Source of the DNA: Minisyncoccota bacterium | GTDB lineage: Bacteria > Patescibacteriota > Minisyncoccia > UBA6257 > 2-01-FULL-56-20 | DNA length: 64,000 nucleotides | Assembly (NCBI GenBank): GCA_041664245.1 | Contig: JBAYLC010000005.1 | Location: 8,695-72,694 of the forward strand | Direction: 5' to 3' | In this document: piece by piece, positions 46,999-55,906 of the stretch | How positions within the stretch are numbered: position 1 is the first letter of the stretch | Layout of the letters: each line of letters starts with the position of its first letter | The notes under the pieces: generated by a model | Seen by the model: only the letters and a program-made list of their open reading frames with translations | What the model was told of the DNA's origin: nothing | The model's database searches: none | Made by a program: the position numbers and the translations under genes

Positions 46999-48660
46999 AT
47001 GGCAAAACAAATTTTATTTAACGAAGAAGCGCGCGCAGCGCTCAAAAAAGGAATCGACAAATTAGCTGATGCCGTTCGGATGACTCTTGGCCCTCGCGGC
47101 CGGGCAGTTGTTATCGAAAAAGGCTACGGCGCTCCGCAGGTTACTTTTGATGGCGTTACTGTCGCCAAAGAAATTGAATTTCAAGATAAATACGAAAATC
47201 TCGGCGCTGATTTTATTAAGCAAGCGGCCGATAAAACTAACGACAATGTTGGTGATGGCACTACCACTTCCGTCGTCTTGGCTCACGCCATGATCGATGA
47301 AGGTGAAAAATTAATCCGAGAAAAAGGATTCAACGTCATCCAGCTCGCCGAAGAATTAAAAAAAGAAAGCCTGGAAGTGGTTAAAGCTCTTGAAGCCCAG
47401 CGCGAACTGATCAACGACAATAAAAAAATCGAAGAAGTCGCCACTCTCTCGGCTAAAGATAAATCTATTGGCCAGCTCATCGCTAAAGTGATGGATAAAA
47501 TTGGCAAAGAAGGCGTTGTTACAATCGAAGATTCCAACACCATCGGCAACTCCGATGAATTTGTCGAAGGAATGCAGTTTGACCGCGGTTATATCTCGCC
47601 CTATATGATTACCAATCAAGAACGAATGGAGTCTGAACTCGAAGATCCGTATGTTCTTGTGACCGACAAAAAGATTTCTTCAATCAGTGAGCTTCTTCCA
47701 ATTTTGGAAAAAATCGTCCAAAGCGGCAAAAAAGAATTAGTTATTATCGCCGAAGAAGTTGATGGCGAAGCTCTTGCCACCTTAGTGGTCAACAAGCTTC
47801 GCGGTATCTTTAACGTCTTAGCAGTGAAGGCTCCAGGGTTTGGTGATCGTCGCAAAGAGATGCTTCAAGACATCGCGGTTGTAACTGGCGCGGAATTTAT
47901 CTCTGAAGATCTTGGTAAAAAAATCGAAGGAATCGAAATTTCCGACCTTGGCCACGCCCATCGTGTTTTATCTAATAAAGATAATACGACCATTGTCGGC
48001 GGCAAGGGTAATAAAAAAGATATTGAAGCTCGCGTTTCCCAAATCAAAGCCCAGATTCAAAAAACCGATTCCGATTTTGATAAAGAAAAACTTCAGGAAC
48101 GGTTAGGCAAGCTTTCGAGCGGCGTCGCCGTAATCAAAGTTGGCGCGCCCACTGAGTCGGCTCAAAAAGAATTAAAGCAACGTGTCGAAGACGCTGTGGC
48201 CGCCACCCGCGCTGCCATGGAAGAGGGAATTGTCCCCGGCGGTGGTATGGCTCTCTTTAATGTCATTCCGACCATCGAAGCGCTAAAAGGAAAGGATAAT
48301 AATATAATTGAAGCCACTCGTCAGATTCTAAAGCGCGCTCTCGAAGCGCCGATAACCGCGATTGTGGTGAATAGCGGCGAAGCGCCGAAGACGGTCATTG
48401 AAGAACTAAAAGAAAAGAAAACTAAGTCATCTAGTGTTTGGCTTGGCTTCAACGCGGTAGTAAATAAAATTGCCGACCTTAAAGAAGCAGGGATTATTGA
48501 TCCGCTTAAAGTCACCAAAACTGCCTTTCTAAATGCCATCTCGGTCGCCGCCAATTATTTGACTGTCGGCGCCGCTATTTCAGAGCTTCCCAAAAAAGAA
48601 GAGAAAGGAATGCCCGGAATGGGTGGTATGCCTGGTGGTATGGGGATGAGTGATTACTAA
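46999..48660 (+). CDS. groEL: Chaperonin GroEL
   Basis: TLGPRGR, GDGTTT, KAPGFGDRRK, GGM tail. Confidence 0.98.
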   Translation: MAKQILFNEEARAALKKGIDKLADAVRMTLGPRGRAVVIEKGYGAPQVTFDGVTVAKEIEFQDKYENLGADFIKQAADKTNDNVGDGTTTSVVLAHAMIDEGEKLIREKGFNVIQLAEELKKESLEVVKALEAQRELINDNKKIEEVATLSAKDKSIGQLIAKVMDKIGKEGVVTIEDSNTIGNSDEFVEGMQFDRGYISPYMITNQERMESELEDPYVLVTDKKISSISELLPILEKIVQSGKKELVIIAEEVDGEALATLVVNKLRGIFNVLAVKAPGFGDRRKEMLQDIAVVTGAEFISEDLGKKIEGIEISDLGHAHRVLSNKDNTTIVGGKGNKKDIEARVSQIKAQIQKTDSDFDKEKLQERLGKLSSGVAVIKVGAPTESAQKELKQRVEDAVAATRAAMEEGIVPGGGMALFNVIPTIEALKGKDNNIIEATRQILKRALEAPITAIVVNSGEAPKTVIEELKEKKTKSSSVWLGFNAVVNKIADLKEAGIIDPLKVTKTAFLNAISVAANYLTVGAAISELPKKEEKGMPGMGGMPGGMGMSDY

Positions 48661-48676
48661 TTCTCAATCTATAAAT

Positions 48677-48709
48677 AAAAAAAGCCCCGCTCAAAAAAAG
48701 CGGGGTTTT
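48677..48709. terminator. Bidirectional terminator
   Basis: AAAAGCCCCGCT...AGCGGGGTTTT between groEL and rlpA. Confidence 0.8.
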
Positions 48710-48739
48710 GGTTTCTTGGTTTCTGGAAACCTTGAACTC

Positions 48740-49195
48740 TTATCTTGGCCGATAGAGTTCACGATATTGTAGTATTGCCAATCCTTCCCATCCAAATCCT
48801 AACGCCTTAGCCGCGGCATAAGAAAGATCAATATCGCGTCCCTTCACATATGGTCCGCGATCAGTAACTTCCACCACAATTTCTTTGCCATTGCGCGGAT
48901 TCTGAAGTAATAACAGCGTTCCTAGGGGCAGGTAGCGGTGTGCCGCCGAAATTCTTGTCAGATCAAATCTCTGACCGTTTGCCATCAACTTGTTCTGAAA
49001 ATACAACCCATACCACGAAGCGCTAATCGGGCGCATCGAGTGATAATTTGAGGTTGGTGTTTGAGAGAAAGTTACTTCCCCGTCTTTAGGATTAGCTTGG
49101 TATTCTGCCAGAGCAGGCGTACTTCTTGAGCTGACGCAGAGCACCAGAAACCATAAACCAATCCAAAAAATAAGAAGAGAAAAAAATACTTTCAA
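48740..49195 (-). CDS. rlpA: RlpA-family (DPBB) lytic transglycosylase domain protein with signal peptide
   Basis: ASWYG, MANGQRFD, AAHRYLPLGT, VTDRGPY, RDIDLSYAAA. Confidence 0.88.
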   Translation of the reverse strand: MKVFFSLLIFWIGLWFLVLCVSSRSTPALAEYQANPKDGEVTFSQTPTSNYHSMRPISASWYGLYFQNKLMANGQRFDLTRISAAHRYLPLGTLLLLQNPRNGKEIVVEVTDRGPYVKGRDIDLSYAAAKALGFGWEGLAILQYRELYRPR

Positions 49196-49313
49196 AATTC
49201 AACTCCTTCTTGTCGCGTTATAGCTTCAGCGAAAACGGACTTTTTTATCATAACTTTTTCGCCTCAGGCTGAAACGCAAACAGACACGTGACTGACATCA
49301 ATGAACTGCCAAT

Positions 49314-49342
49314 ATTCTATTAGATAAAATCAATTTTGTCAA
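49314..49342 (-). promoter_or_regulatory. rlpA promoter
   Basis: TTGACA-AAATTGATTTTATCTAA(17)-TAGAAT, followed by boxA-like GTTCATTGA. Confidence 0.7.
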
Positions 49343-49460
49343 CCCTAACACTAATTGGGGAATTGTTTAATTAGATTTCACTTCTGCTGCAACTTTCAAT
49401 TTTCAAACAGCTAAGTTATTTAAACCATTTTTTATTGATTTTCCCCGATTAGTGTGGGGG
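49343..49460. mobile_element. MITE-like element (~118 bp)
   Basis: Imperfect 20-bp terminal inverted repeats CCCTAACACTAATTGGGGAA / TTCCCCGATTAGTGTGGGGG around an AT-rich non-coding core. Confidence 0.55.
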
Positions 49461-49515
49461 CCAATGGTTCTAATAATTAAGACGAATCAATCGGGAATTT
49501 GTTACAAACTTTTAT

Positions 49516-49564
49516 AAAAAAAAGTGGCCCCTGCCTAATTCCCGCAAGGGGAGAGACAGAGGCC
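49516..49564 (-). terminator. Long-stem intrinsic terminator (minus strand)
   Basis: GGCCTCTGTCT...AGGCAGGGGCC then an 8-nt U-tract on the minus strand. Confidence 0.7.
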
Positions 49565-49582
49565 GGTTACGAATCGCGCCGT

Positions 49583-49642
49583 TTACTTCTTCGTGGAACC
49601 TTCCAGTATAGAAATAACGGAGTGAAGAATTTTGAGCAACAT
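49583..49642 (-). CDS. Putative 19-aa peptide MLLKILHSVISILEGSTKK
   Basis: Strong RBS AAAGGAG 6 nt upstream of ATG; followed by a terminator. Confidence 0.45.
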   Translation of the reverse strand: MLLKILHSVISILEGSTKK

Positions 49643-49823
49643 AATTGTCTCCTTTCGAGAAACTCATCATCTGTTGCCTTCATCTTTTTTTCGATTCCCC
49701 TCTGTTCCGGAGGGGAAACAATGCTTTCCACTCGGGAAAGTTGCTGATTAAATATTATCACAAGCCGCCACATTTTCAATAGAGAGTATTCCCTTTTTTT
49801 GATTTTTATATTATATTAGTCTT

Positions 49824-50390
49824 ATGAAAAAAGGTTCAACTAGCTTAATAATAATATTAATCGTGGTCGTCGTGGTCATCGTTGGAGGGTATCTTATCTT
49901 GAGTAAAAAATCAGTAGCGCCTGGAGATAATCAAAACCAATCATCCAGCACCGCCCCAGAAGTAAATAGTAATCAGCCCGTTACTAATGAAGAGTTGCCC
50001 ACCGCCTCCGATTTAAAAACTTACCGTAACGCCAAGTATGGATTTGAGTTTCAGTATCCGAAAAACTGGGACATCGGTTCGGATGTTGATTCTCCGGTGC
50101 AAGCCTCCATCGTATTTTTCGATTCTTCGAAAAATATGGTTTTCGCCGCTGCGGTTTTTCCTAAACTCGGCGCTTTTCAAGAAGTAAAAAAAGATTTTTC
50201 CTCAATAGTAGAAGAAAAATCAACAACCGTTTTAGGTATAAGTGCTACTAATATAACCGGAGTTAGTAAATTTAGTGGACAGACCGAAAATGACATCATT
50301 TTTGAAAAATCTGAAAAGACCTATGTCTTTGGTGGCCCCACTACACCGGCAACTCTTGATCAAATTATCAGCACTCTTAAATTTTTCTAA
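49824..50390 (+). CDS. Membrane-anchored PsbP-like extracellular protein
   Basis: N-terminal TM, low-complexity linker, KTYRNAKYGFEFQYPKNW, DQIISTLKF end. Confidence 0.7.
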   Translation: MKKGSTSLIIILIVVVVVIVGGYLILSKKSVAPGDNQNQSSSTAPEVNSNQPVTNEELPTASDLKTYRNAKYGFEFQYPKNWDIGSDVDSPVQASIVFFDSSKNMVFAAAVFPKLGAFQEVKKDFSSIVEEKSTTVLGISATNITGVSKFSGQTENDIIFEKSEKTYVFGGPTTPATLDQIISTLKFF

Positions 50391-50396
50391 AAATAA

Positions 50397-50507
50397 ATGA
50401 GCAAGAAAAAAATAATTCTAATTACTATACTTATTTTAGTAATTATAGGGGTGGTTATAGCTTTTAGGGCTTTTTCTCTGCCTACACCTCCGACATTTCC
50501 TGACTAA
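50397..50507 (+). CDS. 36-aa single-TM peptide with Pro-rich tail
   Basis: MSKKKIILITILILVIIGVVIAFRAFSLPTPPTFPD* fills the gap between two co-oriented genes. Confidence 0.6.
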   Translation: MSKKKIILITILILVIIGVVIAFRAFSLPTPPTFPD

Positions 50508-50525
50508 TAATTAATAAAAAAATTT

Positions 50526-51203
50526 ATGAAGAAAAAATCCAGCTCAATAAATATATTATTGCTAATTGTATTTTTTAGTTTTGCGCTCTTTTCTAATTCT
50601 ACTAAAGCCGAAAATCAGCCCTATCTAGTAGGACACGACATTAAAATTACCAAAGGATGGAATCTGCTTATCAGTACATCTGAATTCGATTCTTACAACC
50701 CGGGAAATATCATAAAAGAAGATTATATTAAAAATATTGATGTGCTAGTTCGTTATCTTTGGGTCAATCCCCTAGACAAGTACATTCGCGGCGATATTCC
50801 AGAAATTAAATCTATTTCAAAAAACGATCAAAACAAGATATTAGAACTAAAAAGCCAACTAGGTGAAGATGCTGAACTTTACGCCAGTAATGCTTCTTTT
50901 GTTTACTTTAAAAAATCAGGCACGTTTGTCGCGAGTCGATACAAAGGAGTAGTTATTCCATACAATCGGGTCAAATTGTTTAAAGGATGGAATTTAAAGT
51001 ATGTGGATGAATGGATGGTATCTGGAGAGGGGAAAACCATAGAAGATTTTAAAGGCAATTGTAATGTAGAAAAATTATATTTCTACGATAGCGAAAATAA
51101 AAAGTGGCAGTCTTATATGCAGGAGAAGTTTACAGACAACATGGTTTTCAGAGGATTTGCAATCAAGGTTGCTGATAATTGCGAGTTTAGTAACCCAAAA
51201 TAA
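50526..51203 (+). CDS. Secreted protein with two GWNL beta-repeats
   Basis: Signal peptide; ITKGWNLL and LFKGWNLK. Confidence 0.65.
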   Translation: MKKKSSSINILLLIVFFSFALFSNSTKAENQPYLVGHDIKITKGWNLLISTSEFDSYNPGNIIKEDYIKNIDVLVRYLWVNPLDKYIRGDIPEIKSISKNDQNKILELKSQLGEDAELYASNASFVYFKKSGTFVASRYKGVVIPYNRVKLFKGWNLKYVDEWMVSGEGKTIEDFKGNCNVEKLYFYDSENKKWQSYMQEKFTDNMVFRGFAIKVADNCEFSNPK

Positions 51204-51274
51204 ATTATCCTTTAGAAATTGACTTCCTGTTTTTTTGATTTTTCCGATTTCTGCCTTAAACTAAAGGCATTATT

Positions 51275-52957
51275 ATGAACCCCGAATTTGAAAAATATCA
51301 GCCCGACTTTAAGGGCGAGGAATGGACCGAACGCGACCTTTCTTATTTAGAACCTTTTGCTTCCAATCCCAAAGGCTTAATCTCGGTTTTATCCAATCTG
51401 CCGCCAGAGCTCGCCGGCGCTCTTTGTTCCCGCGCCAGCCGCGCTCAAAACTCTCTCCTCCGTGTTCTTCTAAAAGAATACATCTATCCGATTATCGACG
51501 GCGAAGATAAAGCTCTCGCCGATGAATTAAACAAAACCGTTGAATTTCTCAAAACCGGCGGCTTCAAAAATATTTTAAACAACCAGCGCGCCCAGGCTTT
51601 TTACGCCAAGTGGCTTTCCCAATACGGCGACGATTCCATCGCTCAAATGACGGGAACCCACGTTGTTTTCTGGGGTATCTCGCAGGTGGCAATGAAATTT
51701 TTAGAAGATCGCCGCATCGGGCTCGAGCCGATTGAAAAATCCACTCGCTACGTTAATTTCGGCGAGAAAATTAACGGCCGCTATCTTTATTACATTCCCC
51801 AACCCGATCTCGAAAAATTTGGTTTACTCCAAGAATACAAATCCACTCTTGATAATCTTTTTGAAACTTACGTGGCCATTCTCCCGCCTCTTCTCGAATG
51901 GTTAAAGAAAAATTACAACGATAAAGAATCCGTCCTCGAGAAAAAAGCTTTTGACACCCTTCGTGGCCTTTTGCCGATGGCGACTTTAGGCCAAGTCGCG
52001 TTTCGGGGAAATGCCCAAGCCTTTGAATATTTAATCAACCGCACCGCCAAAAATTCCCTTGGCGAACTTCGCTGGATAGCCAACACCCTCAAACAAGAAC
52101 TAGACAAAGAAATCCCTTCCCTCCTTTTGCGTTTCGATGATGGAAAAACCAAAGATTATCAAGACATTCTCGCTTCTCGCCAAAAAGAAGTTCGCGCCCA
52201 TTTAAAAAATTCTAAACTTGTAGAAGACGATGTTTTAGAAATCGGCGGAAAACCCGAAGTCCATCTCGTTGAATTTGATCCCGAAGCGGAAAATAAAATA
52301 ATCGCCGGAATAATTTTTCCCGAAACTCATCTTGGCTGGGAAAAGATTTTAAACAAAGTTAAATCGCTTTCGCCGGCCGAAAAAAATGAAGCGCTCAAAA
52401 AATACATTGGCAATCGCACCGCTCGCTGGCAAAAAGTCGGCCGCGCTTTTGAAAATTCTTATCTTCGTTTTGAAATAAAAATGAACATCGGCGCTTATCG
52501 TGATCTCCATCGCCATCGGATGATGACCCAAGACCGCCAATATTTTTCCGCCCATCACGGCTACGATCTGCCGTCCGAACTCGAAGAAGCCGACCTTTCT
52601 TCGAAATTCAAAGAGGCGCTCGAAAAAGCCAAAGAACTTTTTCTTAAACTGGAAAAATTTGACCATGAGGTTGCTCAATACGCCGTTCCGCTGGCCTACC
52701 GAATGCGATTTTATGAATGGCAAAACTTCCGCCAATTTTTTTGGGAGACCGAGCTTCGCACCATCTCGCAAGGGCATCCCGATTATAGATTTATTGAACA
52801 GGAAAAATATCGTCTAGTAAAAGAAAAGTTTCCAGCGCTAGCCGAGTTGGTCATGGTTGATTTGAATGATTACAAAATCGCCAGGCGGGGAACGGAGGAA
52901 AACATCCAAAAAAAAGAAGAGTCCCTAGTTGATAAGCTAAAAAATATTAAGAGGTAA
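51275..52957 (+). CDS. thyX: FAD-dependent thymidylate synthase, tandem-domain type
   Basis: YGDDSIAQ, EKSTRY, DTLRGLLP, RDLHRHR, ELRTISQGHPDYR. Confidence 0.9.
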   Translation: MNPEFEKYQPDFKGEEWTERDLSYLEPFASNPKGLISVLSNLPPELAGALCSRASRAQNSLLRVLLKEYIYPIIDGEDKALADELNKTVEFLKTGGFKNILNNQRAQAFYAKWLSQYGDDSIAQMTGTHVVFWGISQVAMKFLEDRRIGLEPIEKSTRYVNFGEKINGRYLYYIPQPDLEKFGLLQEYKSTLDNLFETYVAILPPLLEWLKKNYNDKESVLEKKAFDTLRGLLPMATLGQVAFRGNAQAFEYLINRTAKNSLGELRWIANTLKQELDKEIPSLLLRFDDGKTKDYQDILASRQKEVRAHLKNSKLVEDDVLEIGGKPEVHLVEFDPEAENKIIAGIIFPETHLGWEKILNKVKSLSPAEKNEALKKYIGNRTARWQKVGRAFENSYLRFEIKMNIGAYRDLHRHRMMTQDRQYFSAHHGYDLPSELEEADLSSKFKEALEKAKELFLKLEKFDHEVAQYAVPLAYRMRFYEWQNFRQFFWETELRTISQGHPDYRFIEQEKYRLVKEKFPALAELVMVDLNDYKIARRGTEENIQKKEESLVDKLKNIKR

Positions 52958-52967
52958 AATTACTGAA

Positions 52968-52999
52968 GCCTGCCCTTCCGAAGCCTTGGCGCAGGGGGG
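52968..52999. repeat. Short REP-like palindrome
   Basis: GCCTGCCCTTCCGAAGCCTTGGCGCAGGGGG; similar GCCTGCCC heads at ~43531 and ~59905. Confidence 0.45.
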
Positions 53000-53033
53000 A
53001 AAAAATAAAAAGATAAGAAGCTAGAAAATAAAA

Positions 53034-53063
53034 ACAAGGGGCATCTGAAATAGATGCCCTTGT
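53034..53063. terminator. Intrinsic terminator between convergent thyX and HD genes
   Basis: ACAAGGGGCATCT-gaaat-AGATGCCCTTGT. Confidence 0.75.
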
Positions 53064-53073
53064 GGCTTTAGTA

Positions 53074-53811
53074 TTACTCTCCCTTGGCCTCGATGAATTG
53101 CCCCTCATAAGAGTCAACAAAACGGACGCACCAATCTCGGATTTCCTTTTTCCAAATTTCTTTTCGGAAACCAGGTAAAGAGCGGGCCAGGTAGTCTAAC
53201 CGCCTTATCTGATGACGCAATGTTTGAACAAGAATTCTCACATTCCCGCGCTCCGTGTATTGTTCAAAAGCGTAGAGAAGATAATCCCAGATTTCTACTG
53301 CCCGAAAAACCAATGCCTCTACCCTTTCATTTCTAGCCAATTCTTTCATTATTTCCTTGGCATCATGCGGGAAGATCTTAGGAACATCCAACGCGAACTG
53401 TAATAAGAAGGCACGGTGGAAGAAGTAGAACTGATCAGGCGGTAGTTTCGAAAAAACTTTCAAAAACGCACTATATTCCTCCAGATCTCCCACCCCGCTC
53501 TTGTCAATAAAAACTGTGTCCCTCCCCATTTCACCCTCGCCAAAATCATGGATAATAAGCGCCGATAAGACTAAATTTCTATCGAAGATAGCATAAGGGC
53601 TTATTTGGGTCATCATCTGGATGCCCAATAGAGAAATAGAAAGAGAATGTTGACAAGAATTCTGTATTCTAACCCCACCATCTCCTTCAATATATTTGTC
53701 CCACCTGATTACGCTACTCAGTCTTGTTTGGATTGATAGCCATGATTCAGTAATCTGTTGAAACGGCGCCAAGGACAACGAAGTTGGCAACGCTTCAGTT
53801 CTTGAAGTCAT
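53074..53811 (-). CDS. HD-domain phosphohydrolase (YfbR-like)
   Basis: VIRW...QNSCQHS...IIHDFGEG...D; RBS AGAGGAG. Confidence 0.72.
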   Translation of the reverse strand: MTSRTEALPTSLSLAPFQQITESWLSIQTRLSSVIRWDKYIEGDGGVRIQNSCQHSLSISLLGIQMMTQISPYAIFDRNLVLSALIIHDFGEGEMGRDTVFIDKSGVGDLEEYSAFLKVFSKLPPDQFYFFHRAFLLQFALDVPKIFPHDAKEIMKELARNERVEALVFRAVEIWDYLLYAFEQYTERGNVRILVQTLRHQIRRLDYLARSLPGFRKEIWKKEIRDWCVRFVDSYEGQFIEAKGE

Positions 53812-53963
53812 AGAAACTCCTCTCTGTAAGTTTTCAAGTTTAACTGTGGTTATTTATAGCACCTACTAAATTCCTGGCAAGGGCTGTTAAATTTTTGTAA
53901 AATAGGTTAAAATCCACTCATAAAAAGTCGCAGAAAACCCATTTATATTAAAAACCAAATAAA

Positions 53964-54524
53964 ATGACAACAATCATCATCGCTATTGTCGCTGTAATCG
54001 TCTTGTGGTTCATTTTCAGTTACAACGGCTTCGTGCGGTTGAATAACCGCGTCAAAGAAGCCTGGTCGGATATCGAAGTTCAGTTAAAACGTCGCTACGA
54101 CTTAATTCCCAATTTAGTCGCCACCGTTAAAGGTTACGCTTCTCACGAAAGCGGAGTTTTTGAAAAAGTCACCGAAGCTCGCACTCGCGCCATGGGCGCC
54201 GAAGCAAAAGGGGATATGAAAGATTTAGCCAAAGCCGAGAATATGCTCTCCGGCGCGCTCAAAACGCTTTTTGCCGTCTCCGAAAATTATCCCAATCTTC
54301 GCGCTTCGGAAAATTTCTCCCAGCTTCAGGTTGAACTCTCCGACACCGAAAATAAAATCCAAGCCGCCCGCCGCTTCTACAATGGCAATGTTCGTGACTT
54401 CAATACTAAAGTTGAAACTTTTCCATCCAATCTAATCGCCGGAATGTTTCATTTCACCGCCAAGGAATTTTTCGACATTGATGAATCCGGCCCGGAAGCT
54501 AAGCCGGTGGAGGTTAAATTTTAA
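53964..54524 (+). CDS. lemA: LemA family protein
   Basis: WSDIEVQLKRRYDLIPNLV, ENYPNLRAS, ARRFYN, FPSNLIA. Confidence 0.96.
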   Translation: MTTIIIAIVAVIVLWFIFSYNGFVRLNNRVKEAWSDIEVQLKRRYDLIPNLVATVKGYASHESGVFEKVTEARTRAMGAEAKGDMKDLAKAENMLSGALKTLFAVSENYPNLRASENFSQLQVELSDTENKIQAARRFYNGNVRDFNTKVETFPSNLIAGMFHFTAKEFFDIDESGPEAKPVEVKF

Positions 54525-54562
54525 AGTTATAAATGTTGTAATTGTTGTAGGTGTTGTAAATG
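54525..54562 (+). repeat. 9-bp tandem array (left arm)
   Basis: AAATGTTGT-AATTGTTGT-AGGTGTTGT-AAATG. Confidence 0.75.
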
Positions 54563-54937
54563 CACGATTCTGGTTTCAAAAACTATCGTTTTGAGGATCT
54601 TGAAGTTTGGCAGCTTGGAATAAAAATAGTTGGCGAAGTTTATAATCTTGCAAAAAAATTTCCAAAGGAAGAATTATTTGCTCTATCTGATCAATTAAAA
54701 CGAGCGTCAACATCAATTGTTTTGAATATTGCCGAAGGATCTGGCCAGTCGACACATAAAAGTTTCGCTCTATATCTGAACCGCTCCAAGTCGTCGCTTT
54801 TAGAATCAGTCGCTTGTATCAAGATTGCTATTCAGCAAGGATTTGTTAACAAAAAAGAAACTGAAGATTTGGACAAATTATTTCGGGAAGAATATTTTAA
54901 GATTATTGCTTTAGAAAAATCGGTAAATAATAAATAA
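54560..54937 (+). CDS. Four-helix-bundle protein (23S rRNA intervening-sequence protein family)
   Basis: FEDLEVWQ, FPKEELFALSDQLKRASTSIVLNIAEG. Confidence 0.92.
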   Translation: MHDSGFKNYRFEDLEVWQLGIKIVGEVYNLAKKFPKEELFALSDQLKRASTSIVLNIAEGSGQSTHKSFALYLNRSKSSLLESVACIKIAIQQGFVNKKETEDLDKLFREEYFKIIALEKSVNNK

Positions 54938-54989
54938 ACATCTAGAACACTTATAACATTTAGAACATCTACAACAATTTTAGCAACAT
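54937..54989 (+). repeat. 9-bp tandem array (right arm, inverted relative to left)
   Basis: AACATCTAG-AACACTTAT-AACATTTAG-AACATCTAC-AACAATTTT-AGCAAC. Confidence 0.75.
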
Positions 54990-55893
54990 GTCTACTCTCT
55001 ATACCTTCAAGTCCTCAAACATAAGAAAGACTTATCTCCTATTTTTTCTTTTCTTCATTGTCATCATCGGCCTCGGCTGGGTGTTTTCGCGCATCTACGG
55101 AAATTTTAATATCCTGATTTTTGCCGTTATTTTCTCGAGCTTTATGAGCATCATCAGCTACTGGTATTCTGACAAGATTGTTTTGAAAATGGCGAAAGCT
55201 GTTCCAGTTTCCGAATCTACCAATCAAGAGCTCTATCACCTCGTTGAAAACCTCGCCATCACCGCTGGCCTCCCCACTCCGAAAATTTATATTGTTCCCG
55301 AAATGGCGCCGAACGCTTTCGCCACCGGACGAGACCCCCGGCACGCTGTCGTTGCCGTAACCAATGGTCTGCTTCAAAAACTAAACAAAACCGAACTCGA
55401 AGGAGTTCTCGCTCATGAACTATCACACATTGGCAATCGCGATATATTAATCGGCACCGTCGCCGTTATTCTAGTCGGCTTCATTACAGTTCTAGCCGAC
55501 ATCTTTATCCGTTCCACGTTTTTTGGCGGCTTTCGCCGCAGCAACGACCGCGATAATCAAGCTGGTAATATTCTTTTCCTTGTCGGTATTGCCCTTTCGA
55601 TTCTCGCTCCGATTGCCGCTACCTTAATGCAGTTGGCCATTTCCCGCCGGCGCGAATTTTTAGCCGACACCTCCGGCGCGCTTTTAACCCGCTACCCCGA
55701 GGGGCTCGCCACCGCTCTTGAAAAAATTTCTAGTGATCAAACCCCAATGAGCGTGGCCAAAGACTCCACCGCTCATCTCTGGCTTTCTAATCCATTCAAA
55801 AACAATAAAAAGGTTTCCTTCATTTCTAAATTGTTTATGACCCACCCGCCGATAGAGGAAAGAGTAAAAGCTCTCCGAGGTTTAAAGATCTGA
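54988..55893 (+). CDS. htpX: M48 zinc metalloprotease HtpX
   Basis: PNAFATGR, LAHELSH, SRRREFLAD, LFMTHPP. Confidence 0.95.
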   Translation: MSTLYTFKSSNIRKTYLLFFLFFIVIIGLGWVFSRIYGNFNILIFAVIFSSFMSIISYWYSDKIVLKMAKAVPVSESTNQELYHLVENLAITAGLPTPKIYIVPEMAPNAFATGRDPRHAVVAVTNGLLQKLNKTELEGVLAHELSHIGNRDILIGTVAVILVGFITVLADIFIRSTFFGGFRRSNDRDNQAGNILFLVGIALSILAPIAATLMQLAISRRREFLADTSGALLTRYPEGLATALEKISSDQTPMSVAKDSTAHLWLSNPFKNNKKVSFISKLFMTHPPIEERVKALRGLKI

Positions 55894-55906
55894 TATAATA
55901 TAAGTC

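Noticed and set aside
49499-49779. Track ORFs 49499-49747(+) and 49567-49779(-)
   Set aside because: TTG starts without an RBS that run through hairpins; the strong SD points to the 19-aa frame instead.
54560-54937. Avd of a diversity-generating retroelement
   Set aside because: No reverse transcriptase and no TR/VR pair with adenine-specific mismatches seen in the window.
54525-54989. CRISPR array
   Set aside because: Repeats are 9 bp, contiguous and degenerate, without spacers; no cas genes.
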